This document shows, piece after piece, positions 13,374-26,100 of a DNA stretch of 64,000 nt. Below the pieces are notes generated by a model. It saw only the letters and a program-made list of their open reading frames with translations, was not told the DNA's origin and ran no database searches. The stretch lies in contig JAAOMT010000659.1 of NCBI GenBank assembly GCA_016748015.1, forward strand, positions 62,001 to 126,000, read 5' to 3'. Both the position numbers and the translations under genes were made by a program. The first letter of the stretch is position 1. Every line of letters begins with the position of its first letter. Origin of the DNA: Geosiphon pyriformis uo1. Taxonomy: Eukaryota; Fungi; Glomeromycota.

Positions 13374-16300
13374 GTAAAATACTGTTTCTGTTCTTGGTGA
13401 GTAGAACACAGCTGTTGATAATTTTCCTGGAATTCATCCACTGGGTCGAACATGTTATAGCTGGTGACTTTGTCAGCTATTTCAGCTGATACTTTCCAAT
13501 GTTGTATTTCTTTGGCGGTTCCTTTTCTTACTTTGGCTTATGTGGTGTTATATAACTCATTCTTGTCATGTGAGTAGTGCTGCAGTTTTCTTAATGCTCT
13601 GTTGAATGCTGCTTTGAATGGCATTTTTTCTTTTATCCAGTCACAGATAAGGATCGTATATTGGCAAATTGTGTTACATGTTTTTTCTCTGCCTGGCATG
13701 TCAATCCAGTTGCACTCTTTTGGCAATGGTTTTTCACAAGCAAAACATGGTTTTTCGTCCTATTTTTCATGTCTTTCTGGATAACAGTATTTTTCTTTGT
13801 TACAATGATTACAATAGTAGTGGGTGGGATTTCTTGAGTCTTTGTCTGGTGTACTACATGCAGTCATAGACGAGAGTTTTTTATTGCAAACCGAACATTC
13901 TAGTTTTGGTCTGCATTGCTAACAGTTTTTTTATGGACTTGCCTGGTTTCATTCGGATCTTCCTTCATTTCTCCAAGTTAGTATGGCCAGTAGTTCTGTT
14001 CTTTGGTCATCAGTCCACAAGAGCTAATAAGTTTTGATGGTTGGTAAGGCTGGATTTTTTTTGAATTCAAAGGTGGGTCTTTAGTTGGTGCTAGGTTTTT
14101 GGAAGTGGCCACATGTGACTGGAATTCTGGCATGATGGCCATTATAGCTGATAAAAAGCTCTTGAGTAGTCCAGTCTAATGTGGCATTGGCTTTTGTTAG
14201 CCAGTCATTTTCTACTAATGCTTAATATTGTGTAGTATCCATTACTAATACTTTTGTAGGTATTATTATGCCATTAATTTCAAAAGAAAATGAGTCGATT
14301 TTGCCATAAGACAGCTTGGTACTTTTATTGGCTGTTATAATTTGGGACATCACGGCGCAATCAACTTTGAAACCCAGTTGGTTTACTAGTTGAAGCATTA
14401 CAATGCTTCCAGTGGATTTACTGTCTAAGATGAGTTTAATTGGCATGTTGTTTACTTTTGCTTCCATGTATATAGCAGTGATTGGGCATTTTTTGTCCAA
14501 TGCTGCTCCACTAAACATAGCCTCTTTTTTTTCTAATTCAAAAGGAAAAATAGCTGTGAGGCTGTTATCTTCTATGACAACAGCTGGTGGTATTGTTTAG
14601 ATCAAGTTCTGGCTATTAGTGATATTTTTGGTTTTAGATATATTACCATTAATATTTCCAAGATTTAAGTTTTCTGATATATTAAGGTAAGTTGGCTAGA
14701 AATTTGGGTAGTTTGGGTAGTTTGTGTTTGTTTGCTGATTAGGTCCTATGCAGTTTGGGTTTTTCTGAACCAATGCATTTTGATTCTATATGGGCTGATT
14801 TCAGGGCTCAAAATGCCAATTTTGGTTGGCTACCATGGGCTGTTGTTGGTAAGTTCCTTGATTTTGGTATATGGTGAAGTATTGATGTGATATTGGCATG
14901 TATTGATTTCTGGACATTTGGGGTAACACATAATAATTATTCTTACATGCCTTGTGTATTATTTACATTCAATATTGACTAATCAAATATTCTATACATT
15001 TGCAAAAATAGCAGGCATGTGTTTTTGTTTTGAAGTCCTAATATGATGAGCAATTATTTTGGCTGCTGCTAAATTTTTGGTTGTATTTTTGAGGTATTTG
15101 GTATGTGTTATTTTTTCCTGGGTCTGAGATAAGGTAATTTTCTATTTTCTTAGAGAGTTTCTCTTCTAATTGTGTTACTCTCTTTTCTAACGTTTCTGTC
15201 TTGTTTTCCTCTATTACTATGTTAACCATTTGACTATGATTAGCTTTTTTCTCAGCCGATTTAAGAGCTCTGGTGAGCATAACAACTTCTGGTAAAAAAT
15301 TAAGGTGGGCAGAATGTACTCTTTCTAAAATGTTGCTTTTTAATTTTCTAATAAATTGATTTAAAACCTGAGGATTGGTATAGTATCTTTGCTCAATCAC
15401 TTCAATCTGATGGCAAATTCGATTAAATTGAGCAAGATATTGGGTGACAGTTTCATTTGTACCTTGCTTGATAGTATTAAATTTGTTCTGTAGTTGAATT
15501 ACAGCATTTGGGTTGCTAAAATACTTCAAGAGTGTGTCTTTGAATTTGGCAAAGCTCATGGGTTTTGTTTCCAAGCTTTGATATTATGAGTTGGCAGTGC
15601 TTTTCAGAAAGAAAAGTAACATTTGAATTGCTTTTTGATTATTCTAGTTATTTGTCTGGATGGTTTTTTGTGCTTCTTTGAGCCATGTGTGCACATTTGT
15701 TTCTTTTTCCTCTCCTAAGAAATCTGTTAATTACACAATGTACGGTGTGGCCATTTTGTCATTGTTTCCTGCTGGTGGGTTTATTGGTCTAAGAGAAGGT
15801 GGGATGATATTTCCTTGAGCATCCCTAAAGATAGCTTCTCTTATATTCAGTTCTTTCTCTTGATTATGAATTTCTTGGTTTTTAGACTGGCTGCTTGTTT
15901 CAATGACTGGTCTTGTGCTTGTTTTTTTACTGGTTTTTTTGGATTCCAATTTAGACTCCTCTTCACAATTTTCAAACTCCACTCCAAAATTTGGCTGTGA
16001 TAATAGTGTTTTGAAAAGTGATAAATATTCTCTTGTTATTGGTATATTTCTTCAATTGCATTGTTTAAGCTTTTCAGTATAATTAGGAGTTCTTGGCATT
16101 TGTGGGGTTGATGTGAATAATGATACAGCTCCTAATGGAAGTTGGATTTTATTATCTTGGAAAAAATGATAAGATCTTTCTTCTGGCGAATAAAGGCATT
16201 ATTTTTTTACTGATTGCATAATGTTTTTCTTGGGTATTTGAACGAGTGTTCCTAATTTTTGCTGATTTTTTTTGTGATTAATTTCTGGATTGTGGACGTG

Positions 16301-18352
16301 TTCTCTGGTGTTCTTTGTGGATATTGGGTAATTTTTGTTGGCATATTGCTCAATTTCGTAATGAATTTGAACAATAGTCATGGCTAATGCTGTTGTTTCT
16401 TTTGTAGTAAATTGAGATAATTCCTTATATAATTGATGTTTTGCATCATTTGGTTCTTCTTTCTTTCCTGTGTGATAATTTATTCTGGCATTAATGTAAT
16501 AGGTGAGAACATTTTCAGTTGGACAACACTCTTCTGGTAATTCAAAATTACTTTGATGTTGTAAATAAAGGGCATGGCAAAATTCAACAACAGTAAGGTT
16601 AAGAGCTTTTGTCACCACTTTTGTTTCTTCCTTTTTAGCAATAAATTATTGCTAATTATTATTTTCTTTTTGATTTTCTTTCCTCATAAGGTTTACCAAA
16701 TGTTATGAGAGTGTTTTTTTGGTATATTTTAATTGTTGATCTCCCATTTTAATTGCAATCAGTCTCTCATAAGTTCTTCTATTTTATGTGTTGGATATTA
16801 ATGATGATGTACTAAAGGTTTTCTCTTGATGTTGTGATATAAGTCTTCTCTTTAATTCTAGTTGTCTTTGTATATTGTGTACTCCTTCCCAAAGGCTAAT
16901 CTGAAATCTACTTGCTGTCTGGGGTCTTCTCTGAGGCTATCTTTGCAATTGCCTGATGTGTTTTTCTAATCTAGAAACATGAAATGTTAATGGCCTTTTC
17001 ACAATTTTCCCAAGTATATAATAAAGCTTTTTCAATTTAATTAGTAACCATATGAATAATCTTGATCAAAGATTATTCTTCCAAAGAGTTCAGAGATGGA
17101 ATAATAGTTTCATTCACTAGAGAGGGTATGTGAATTTTATTGTTAATCTCATAATTGTAATGTTTATTCAATTTATTATTTTTTTTTTATTAATTATTTT
17201 TGAATAAGATTTTATTTAGATATTTGTTGCTTTTAGTTAAAGCTGTTTTTCTTTATCATTAAAAACTATTGTATATATATATAATTATTGTTTTACAAAA
17301 TAATGTCTTGTAATACTTTATTTTTATTATTTCTAAATAGTGCTTGCTGTTATTGTGAAATAGTGCTTGCTGCTTTTGCACGATAGTGCTTGCTGCTATT
17401 GTAAAATAGTGCTTGCTGTTATTTGTAAATCATTTCTTTTTATAAATTGTTGCTGTGCTATTTCATGATTAGCTAATTTATATTATTTATAATTCTTATT
17501 AAATTCTTAAATTGTAACAGTAGTAAAAAAGGTGTTATCTTTTCTAGTGTTTGTTGGTGCCCATTTAATAATTCTTTGCTAAGCATTGGCATTGGTTTCT
17601 TGTAAGAACCAAGTAGCAAAAGAGCCTTGAAGGTAGCCACCAACAATTTGGAACTTGTATTTATTATTATATTGGTTGGCTATAATAGCTCTTTTAAAGT
17701 TATCTAACCATTCAATTGGATCTTGTGCATCACTTCTAAATAAAAGTAGTAGAGAGTTATTTCTTTGCCCTAAAGCAGTTTGTATGCCTTGAAGGGCAAT
17801 CAGAATATTTTGTTGCATGGAGTTATTAGCCATTGGTTCAGGAGTAGCTGTTTGTGTAGAATGTTCTGATTTACTTGAAAAGAGGTCAAAAACAGGAGAA
17901 GTTTGATAGCTTTCTTTTTCTGTTTCAAAGGGTGTTTCAGCTAGCTAATAGACAGCAATCCAAATATGAATTTGATAATTCAGGTATTCAGAATTAGGGA
18001 GCTGTTGTTCAAAAGTTGTGGAGTATAAAAGCTGATTAATGCTGTTATTTTTTTTTTAAAATTGTCTTCAAAATAAGCTTGGTTAAAGTAATAAGTTGTA
18101 TAAGCTATGTAGGTTTTAGCTAAATGTTCATTTAAAAACCAGTTTTAAAAATTTTGAAATTGTCTACTGGATTGTTTTTCAATAGGGAAGCAAATCAAGC
18201 AGAAGAGCAAAAGATTGAATTCAATAAAGTCTAAATTATTTTTGTTGTGTGTTTCAAAGTGTTCTTTTGATTGTTGTGACAGATATAAATAATTACCCAC
18301 ACAATAGAAAACAAAGTAGATTTTGACAACCTCACAGAAAGCACCACTTTTA

Positions 18353-19002
18353 TGTTATGAGTTGAAATAACAAGCTAACAGATAGCAAAAGAGAACAAGA
18401 TTGTAGAACAATAAAAGAAATCAAAAAGAATTCAACTTTAAAGAGTGAATTGAATAAGTATAAATTCAATGTGTAAGATTAGTCTCATAAAATATCTCAG
18501 TTACTATGCTTTTTAAAAGATAATCAGAGAATCTAAAAATAGAAAGATAATCTGTATTGTCAACAAATAATCATGCCTGGTATAATTTTATGTCTTATAT
18601 TAACACTCTTAAAATTCAATATCAAGTATCAGATGTTCTTTTCAGTTATGTTTTATTCAATAATCTTCAAATGTTACAATTACACATTTTAGGAAAAAGA
18701 TAGAGAATAACCAATAAGTAATCTTTTATCTTAAAATGATCAGATACTTAAAGATAAGAAAAGAAAAATTAGTAAGAAGAGAAAAATTAAGATAAAGTTG
18801 TTATTTTATTTCTTTTATTTCTTTTATTTCTTTGATTCTTACATACATTTTTACAGCTAAGAGATTCATCACTTATATAGCTATCAAAAGTGATTAATGA
18901 TTAGATTAATAATCACTTTTTAAAAATAGAATGACTAATTATATGACATCAATAACTGATATATGTAATAATTAATAAGAAGTATAAGTTTCAACCATAA
19001 CA
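18353..19002 (-). repeat. LTR type B (5' LTR of B2)
   Basis: TGTTATG..CATAACA ends; homologous to 21872-22549 and 31873-32610; PBS adjacent. Confidence 0.93.
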
Positions 19003-22000
19003 ATATCTTTAGGATTAATTAAAGGAGAATGTATACCAATTTGTGAAATTAATGGTTCAGAATTGTTTCTAAAATGATAATATTTTAATCGATCTCTATG
19101 TGCAATTTTTGCTAGTATTTTGTCATCAAGTCTTAACTTGTATGATTTATTGTCTAGAATTTCGTAAATATAAAATGGTCCATCTTATTTATGTTCAAAT
19201 TTCCCACTTTATTGTTTTTCAGTCTTAGTTCTGTGTAAAAGAACTTTATTTTTAAGTTTAAATTCATTAATAATTGGTAATAATTTGTTATTGTGCTTTT
19301 TTTTTGTTGAGCTTGGAGGTGTTCAATATGAGTAATTGCTATTTGTCTTTTTCCTTCCAATATACTAAAAAGAGTGTAAACTCTTCTCTGAAGTGTTTCT
19401 TGAAAGTTTTCTTCATTAATTGGTTGCATTGGATATGTTTTTACTGTAAAATTAATTGGTAATCTTGTTGTTCTTTCATAAATAAGATTAAATGATATGT
19501 GTTTTATAGTATTTTATTTTAGTGTTCTGTAGGCTAGTAACACTGATGAAATAAATATATTTTATTCCTGCTCAAAATTTGTTGAGACTTTGGCTAAAGA
19601 TTCACACAATATTCTGTTAAAACATTTTACAAGTCTATTTGTTTGAGTTGGAAAGTAGAATATGTCTTACTATTTTGATGAAATTAGAAACAATTTGAGA
19701 GTTTTCATCTTAGAAGATATTGTTATGTATAATTTTAATTTTTAATTTATTTAATAAAAAAATAAAGTAATTGTTGGAATTGTAAAATATAACTCAAAAT
19801 TTCTTCATTTTTTTTGGTATATAGACATTTGGAATTGAGATTTCATGCTTTAAACAGATTTGTTTATTGGATTCAAAAATTTATTAGGTAGTAATGAATT
19901 TTAAGCAAATGTAAATTTTGTGATGTTTTCTAAAAGGTGAAATAATAATTGGTTGAAAAAGTTGAAAAATCTGGTGAGATTCATTTTGTGCTTTAAGAGC
20001 TATGTTTACTGGAACTGTGAATCATCCAATTGAACCAAAATCTTGAGTTCTTCTTTTACTTTTTTTTAATTGTTCTTTGTTGTTAACTAATTACAAACCC
20101 AAAATATTGATTAAGAATAAGTAAATTGCTTGAGCAATTTTTTCAGTATGTTTAATCTTAAATAGTTTGTCTGTTTTATTTTGTAACATAATAGTAATAT
20201 TTCCAGTGTATTCTGTATCTATAATTCTTTTTCTAACATTGATTTTTTTGCTTGCCAATAATAATCTGGAAGCAATTTGGACTATTGCTCATGGTAGAAT
20301 TTCAAGAGCAATTCTGAGATTGATTTTGGTTAAAGATTTTGGTTAAAAGACCAAAATATCTTTTTCTAGATATCATAGATCATATTCAGCATATATATTG
20401 TGAGTTTTTTCTGGCTTGATTTCTTGACCATTGTTGTTAAAGTATTTAAGTTGTAAGGCTAATTGATTTTCAGTAAGGTAGATTGAAATTGTTGCAATTT
20501 TTTCTTCTGGCTTAAATTCTCCAAACTCAATTTTCTTCTGGTTATCTTTGCTGGGTAAGAGAATGCTAAGGACATAGCATTCTGAATACTATTTATCATT
20601 ACAAGACATGATGCATTCTTCACATAATTGAATGTTTATTTGCTTTAATTGTTAAATTTGAGCTTTTTGGATTGGATAAGTATGGCTTGCAATTTGGTAA
20701 TATGTTTTTACTTCATTTTTATAGTTGAATTCAGTTAATTTTATTGTGTATTCAATGTATTTAGCTTTTTTTATTTGGTGGACATCTTTTTGTGTGGCTT
20801 CATTGATTAAAGCTATTGCTAAATCAAAAATCATTTTAGTATTGTAAGAGTAGTAGTAGAATTTGTTGAGAACACTATTGTATATTGTATTAAAAGATGT
20901 TCCTCTTCTGACTTTTTCTGAGATTAATAGAGCATATTGGCAAGTTTGATTACATACTTCTTTTCTTATTGCAATATCAATCTAATTGTATTCTTTTGGT
21001 AGTATGTTTCTACATATGAGACAAGAAATGTTGTTCTATTTTCCACTTTTTTTGGAGTATTCAAATTATTTTCTATGGCATGCTTTACAAAAGTAGCAAG
21101 TGTGTGTTTCATATTCTTTTTTTGAAGATATGTATTAATGAAAGTTTTTTGTTGTAATCTTTGTATTTAAGTGGGATGTAAGATAGTTGTTTCTGTGGTT
21201 CTGGTGTAAAGTATCAAATAATATTTTATTCTTTGGTTTTCTTGAAAATTTCTTGTTCTGTTTCTTCAGTCTAATTGGATGTTAATCTAAGGACTATGTA
21301 TGTTTTAGTAATTGGCATTTCTTTTTTTTCTTTAAATTCAAATACTGGGGCTTTTTCAGATTGTTTATTAAAAGTACCACAGATAGCAAGTACTCTGGTG
21401 TATTGTCTTTTGTATAAAATTTTTAGTTCTTGGGTTTTTCAATATAAATTTGCATTGGTCTTGAGAAGCCAATTGTTTTTAACCAGAGCTTAGTATTAGG
21501 GTGCATCTATAATTAAAACTTTGATTGAGATGGTATTTCATTAATGATAAATGGAAAGTTGTCAATTTCTCCTACTGAGATTTTTTTTATGTTATCAGCT
21601 GTAACAATTACAGTTTGAACTGGTCTGTTAACGTTTTTTCCAAGCTGTTGCATCAATTAATAAGTAATAATACTTTCAGCAAATCTACTGTTTAAAATCA
21701 AGCAGATTTGTTTTTTTTCTACTTCAGCTTCAATATACATAACAGTGATTGCTTTTTGCTCATTGACTGCTGTATTGCTAAGTAAGAATGGTGATTTATT
21801 GGCTTTAAATTCAAATAGAAATATATCTGAGAGATTGGTATTTTGAGCAATTTGGGCTGGTAAAATAGTATTGTTATGGATTGGAGTAACAAGCTAACAG
21901 ATAGCAAAAAAAAACAGAATTGTAGAGTAATGAAAGTAATCAAAAAGAATTCAACTTTAAAGAGCAAATTGAATAAGTATGGATTTAATATGTGAGATTA

Positions 22001-22518
22001 GTTTCATAAAATATCTCTGTCACTATACTTTTCAAAGATAACTGGGGAATCTAAAAATAAAGAAATAGTCCATATTGTTAATAAATGATCATGCCTAGTA
22101 TAATTTTATGTCTTATGTCAGCACTCTTAGAATTCAATATCAGGTATTAGATATACTCTTTAGTTATGTTTTATTTAATAATTTTTAAATGTTGCAATTA
22201 TACATTTCAGAAAAAGTGTAAAGAATAACCAACAAGTAATCTTTTATCCCAAGATGTTTGGATATTTGAAGATAGAAAAGGAGGAATTAGCAATAAGAAA
22301 ATGATTGAAATAAAAGTTGTTATTTTATTTATTTTCTTTCTTTGATTCTTACATACATTTCTACAGCTAAGAGATTCATTGCTTATATAGCTGTCAAAAG
22401 TAGTCAATGATTAGATCAATGACTAGGTCAATAATCAAGTCAATGATCAAGTCAATGATCACTTTCTAAAAATAGAGTGGCTAATTTATGTGACATCAAT
22501 GGCTAATACATGTGATAT

Positions 22519-23175
22519 TTAATAAGAAGTATAAGTTTCAACCATAATATTATCCTCTCTAAAGAGACTAAGCTCTAGCAAAATCAAGCTATTTATAGTG
22601 TAATCTATTTGAAGGGTTTTATCTAACTCAAAACTAACTAGTTTGTTAAAGTCTTTTGTGAATAGAGTATATAACACTTGAGGCAAAATAAGTTTTGTAT
22701 TCAAGAAACCAAATCTTTGTATTAGAGTTTTGGCTTTTTTAGCAATAGTTAAAACTCTTGGGACATCTAATCATATAATGCCCAAAATTTCTGCCTGTAT
22801 TTCTGAAGTTGTTTTCTTCATGAGTTTCATATTCTCTATGATTTCACCAAAACAACCATAGAGTTCTAATTGTCTTTCATATGACAAGTTTTTGTTTATG
22901 AATAAGATTTCTTAGAGTGTTTTTTTAATTGTGCTGGAAGGTAGAAGCATAGTTGCTGTTATACTTTTTAACAAATATTTATCCATTTTACTACCAATTT
23001 TTTCTCTTTTGGTAATAGTTTTTTTTGGTCTAATAACAGTATGTGTTTTACTGTTATCAGTTATAGTGGTTTGTTTTTTAATAGTCAAAGTAGTATTTGG
23101 ATAGTTTTTGATCTAATATTCATGGAGAGTATAGAAGACATTTTGAATGTTTTGATCCAAAAAATAATTGTTCAT
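22519..23175 (-). pseudogene. Family-B ORF3, about 218 codons
   Basis: ATG 23175 MNNYFLDQNIQNVFYTLHEY*IKNYPNTTLTI is in frame with ORF 22519..22704; the stops seen are single-transition derivatives. Confidence 0.72.
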
Positions 23176-26100
23176 GTCGATTGAAGATATCTCTGTTTTG
23201 GGAATGATGCATTTATTTATACTTGATTTTTGCTAATCATTTGAGTCAGTATTACCACAACAGGCAACCAATTAGGTCATTTATGATATTTTTTGAGTCA
23301 TGTACCATAAACAAGACAATCATTGAAGATTGTTCTGGATTGATCTTGAAGAATATAAGAATCATTGTTTAAAATTTTGTTGACTATAAAGAGTCTTTTC
23401 CACTAGTTAGAAAATTTATCACCATAAATATTGTCTTTGTTTAAATGGTATTCCAATACCAAGTTACCAACACTTAAAGAAAGTGTTTTATAGGTTTTTT
23501 TTTTCTTAAGCTTTTCTTAGAACTGTTTTATCTTTTCAAAAGCAATTATTTATGTTTCTATCAAAGAGTTAAGAATAGTACCAAGTCTTCTTTGCAAAAT
23601 GTCTTTGTAATTTCTTATTGTGATCACTTCAAAGGGTATTGTCTTAATGTCAGTTTCTATTGGTAGTATTGTTATGCATTCATAAAGCAAATAAAAAAGT
23701 TCATAACTTGTTATGTCATAATTCACAGTTCTATAAGCAAATAAAGCTGAAGGCAGTATTTTGTCCCATAAGTTTGTTTCTTTACTGGTTTTGGTTAGGG
23801 TTTTATATAGTGTTCTATTGAAATATTCTACTAGGTCATTTGTTTGAAGATAATAAAAAGAGAAAAGTTTATGATGTATTCCCATTTTTTACAAAGTTTT
23901 TCAACCAGTGTATTGAGAAAAGCTTTTCCTCTATTAGATAAAAGTTCTTTGGGGCAGCTATAATGGCAAATAATATCTTCATAAATAAAATTGGCTATTG
24001 AAATTGCTGTTTGGTTAGGAGTGGCTCTTGCTTCTACCCATTTTGTAAAATAGTCAATAGCTGTAATAATGTATCTGTTGCCATCAAGAGTTATTGTTAA
24101 AGATCCAACAACATCTATACCAATTCTGTCAAATAGTTGATCAACAGAGATTGGATGAATATCTTTTTTGTGATTGGATTTGTCTTTTTTTTGGCAAATG
24201 TTACAGATTTTGATGTATTTAGCAATATTTTTTCTCAAGGTAAGCCAATAATAGCGAACTAAAGTTTTCTGAATTGTCTTTGTTTTTCCAAAGTGTCTAG
24301 CTAATGGGTCAGTGTGCATGTTATATATTATAATTTTTCTTTCTTCAAATCTGATGACTTTCTGGAAGTGGTCAGGATCTTTTCTGTTTCTTTTATATAA
24401 TTGGTTCTGGTGGATTAAATAGAAATTTAATTGTTTACACAAATGTTTTTTTTACTGTTAAGTGTATTCTAATGGGTATTGTTCTTTATCCAAAAATTCT
24501 ATTAAGGCAGAATAGTTGTCCAAGTCTATTATCATGTTTGTTTGTGAAGGAGTTACTAATAATTAAGTTGGTTTGGTTTGAGAAGTTGTACTATTATTGG
24601 ATGATAAGTTTAGAGAAAGTGTCAGCATTTTGATGATTTGCTCCTTTGTGGTGTTGAATATTATAGTCAAATTCATCCAAGTGGAGTATCCAGTGAATTA
24701 TTCATTTGTGTTCCAGCTTTTTTTTATTGCACAGCCAAACCAAGGCTTAATGATTTGTTACTACTAAGAATTTTGCACCAAAAAAATATTGATTCCAGTA
24801 ACTAGTAATTCAAACTACTGCTAACTATTCCTGTTTGGTAATTGAATAATTCTTTTCTGCTGGTGTAAAGAATCTACTGGCATATGCTATGACATATTCT
24901 CTGCTATTTTTATCTTTCTGTAAAAGAACAGCACCAAATCCATAGTCAGATATATTAGTGTGGAGGATGAAAAGTTGGTCCAAATTAGGTTGCTTGAGAA
25001 TTGGTTTAATAACAAGTTTTTTTTTTAGAATTTCAAAAGCTTTTTGTTAATGAGTGCCCCAGTAATAATTGACATTTTTCCTGAGTAGCTGATTGAAAGG
25101 AAAGGTGATTTTAGAAAAATCCTTGATAAATTTGCGATAATAAAAGGCCAAACCAAAGAAAGAGCATAGTTTAGGAACATTTATTGGTTGTCTAATGTTC
25201 TGAACTTTTTTAACTTTAGCTGGATCAAAGAAAATTTCATTTTTTGTAATAAGATAACCAAGGAACTGAGTGGATTGGCATCCAAAAAAAGATTTGATTG
25301 GGTTGATCTTGAGGGCAGTATTTCTGAGCAGGTCAAAAATCTTCTGTAAATGTTTAAGGTGTTTATTTCATGTTTTTGAGTAGACCATTATATCATCTAA
25401 GTAGACTAGAACAAAGTTTTCTTTTACTGATTCAAATACTTTGTCTATTAGGCATTGAAAAGTGAAAAAAACATTGGTAAGACCAAAAAGCATGACTGTA
25501 AATTCATAAATACCATACTTGGTGATGAAGGCAGTTTTCTTTCTGCTTTCTGGATCCATCTCTACTTGTCAGAATTCAGCAGTTAAGTCAATGGTTAAAA
25601 AGAAAGCAGCACTATTGAATTTATCTAACATTGTATCAATTTTGGGGAGTAGATACATGTCTCTTATAGTGATGGCATTTAATTGGTAGTAGTTAACACA
25701 GAAGTGTAGGGTTTTACCTTTTTTGAATACCACTACAACTGGAAAAGCCCATTCACTCTTGGTTTTTTATATGAATCCAAGATCTTTCATTTGGTTTATC
25801 TCTTTCTTAATAAACTCATTATTGCATTAATTGGATTAATAAGGCTTCAAATGGATGGAGTGAGTTTCTTTGATGGTGATGATGTGTTGTATTACATGGG
25901 TTTGTTCAAAGGTGTTATCTTCTTTTGAAATAACTGGGTTATTTCTAGCCAACAGATTTTCAATGTTTATTTTTTTTTCTTCAAAGGAAGGTTCTCTTTG
26001 TTCTATAACTAGTGATTGGATTTCAGGTGGTTCATTTTCAAAAAACTTTTGTACTTTTTTAAGTTTTTTTTGAGGTATCAAGCTAATTAGTTCTCAATCT

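Larger units (their letters stand above)
9190..17519 (-). mobile_element. Ty3/Gypsy element family D, integrase deleted, inserted in gag of B2
   Basis: LTRs 9190-9747 (internally deleted) and 16701-17519; TSD ATAG/GTAG; PBS 16681-16698; gag ~15038-16620; protease ~14090-14480; Cys-rich region; dUTPase; RT 10560-11371; RNase H 10090-10480 joined directly to an ORF3 tail; PPT ~9748-9762. Confidence 0.9.
1903..19002 (-). mobile_element. Ty3/Gypsy element family B, copy B2, interrupted by nested insertions (6021-7076, 9190-17519)
   Basis: 5' LTR 18353-19002, PBS 18330-18346, gag 17524-18300 plus 8160-9189 (CxxCxxxxHxxxxC knuckle ~8580-8620), protease ~7640-7990, RT ~5200-5900 (YLND), RNase H ~4270-4700, integrase ~3000-4000, PPT ~2217-2230, truncated 3' LTR 1903-2216. 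Colinear with 21872-32610. Confidence 0.92.
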
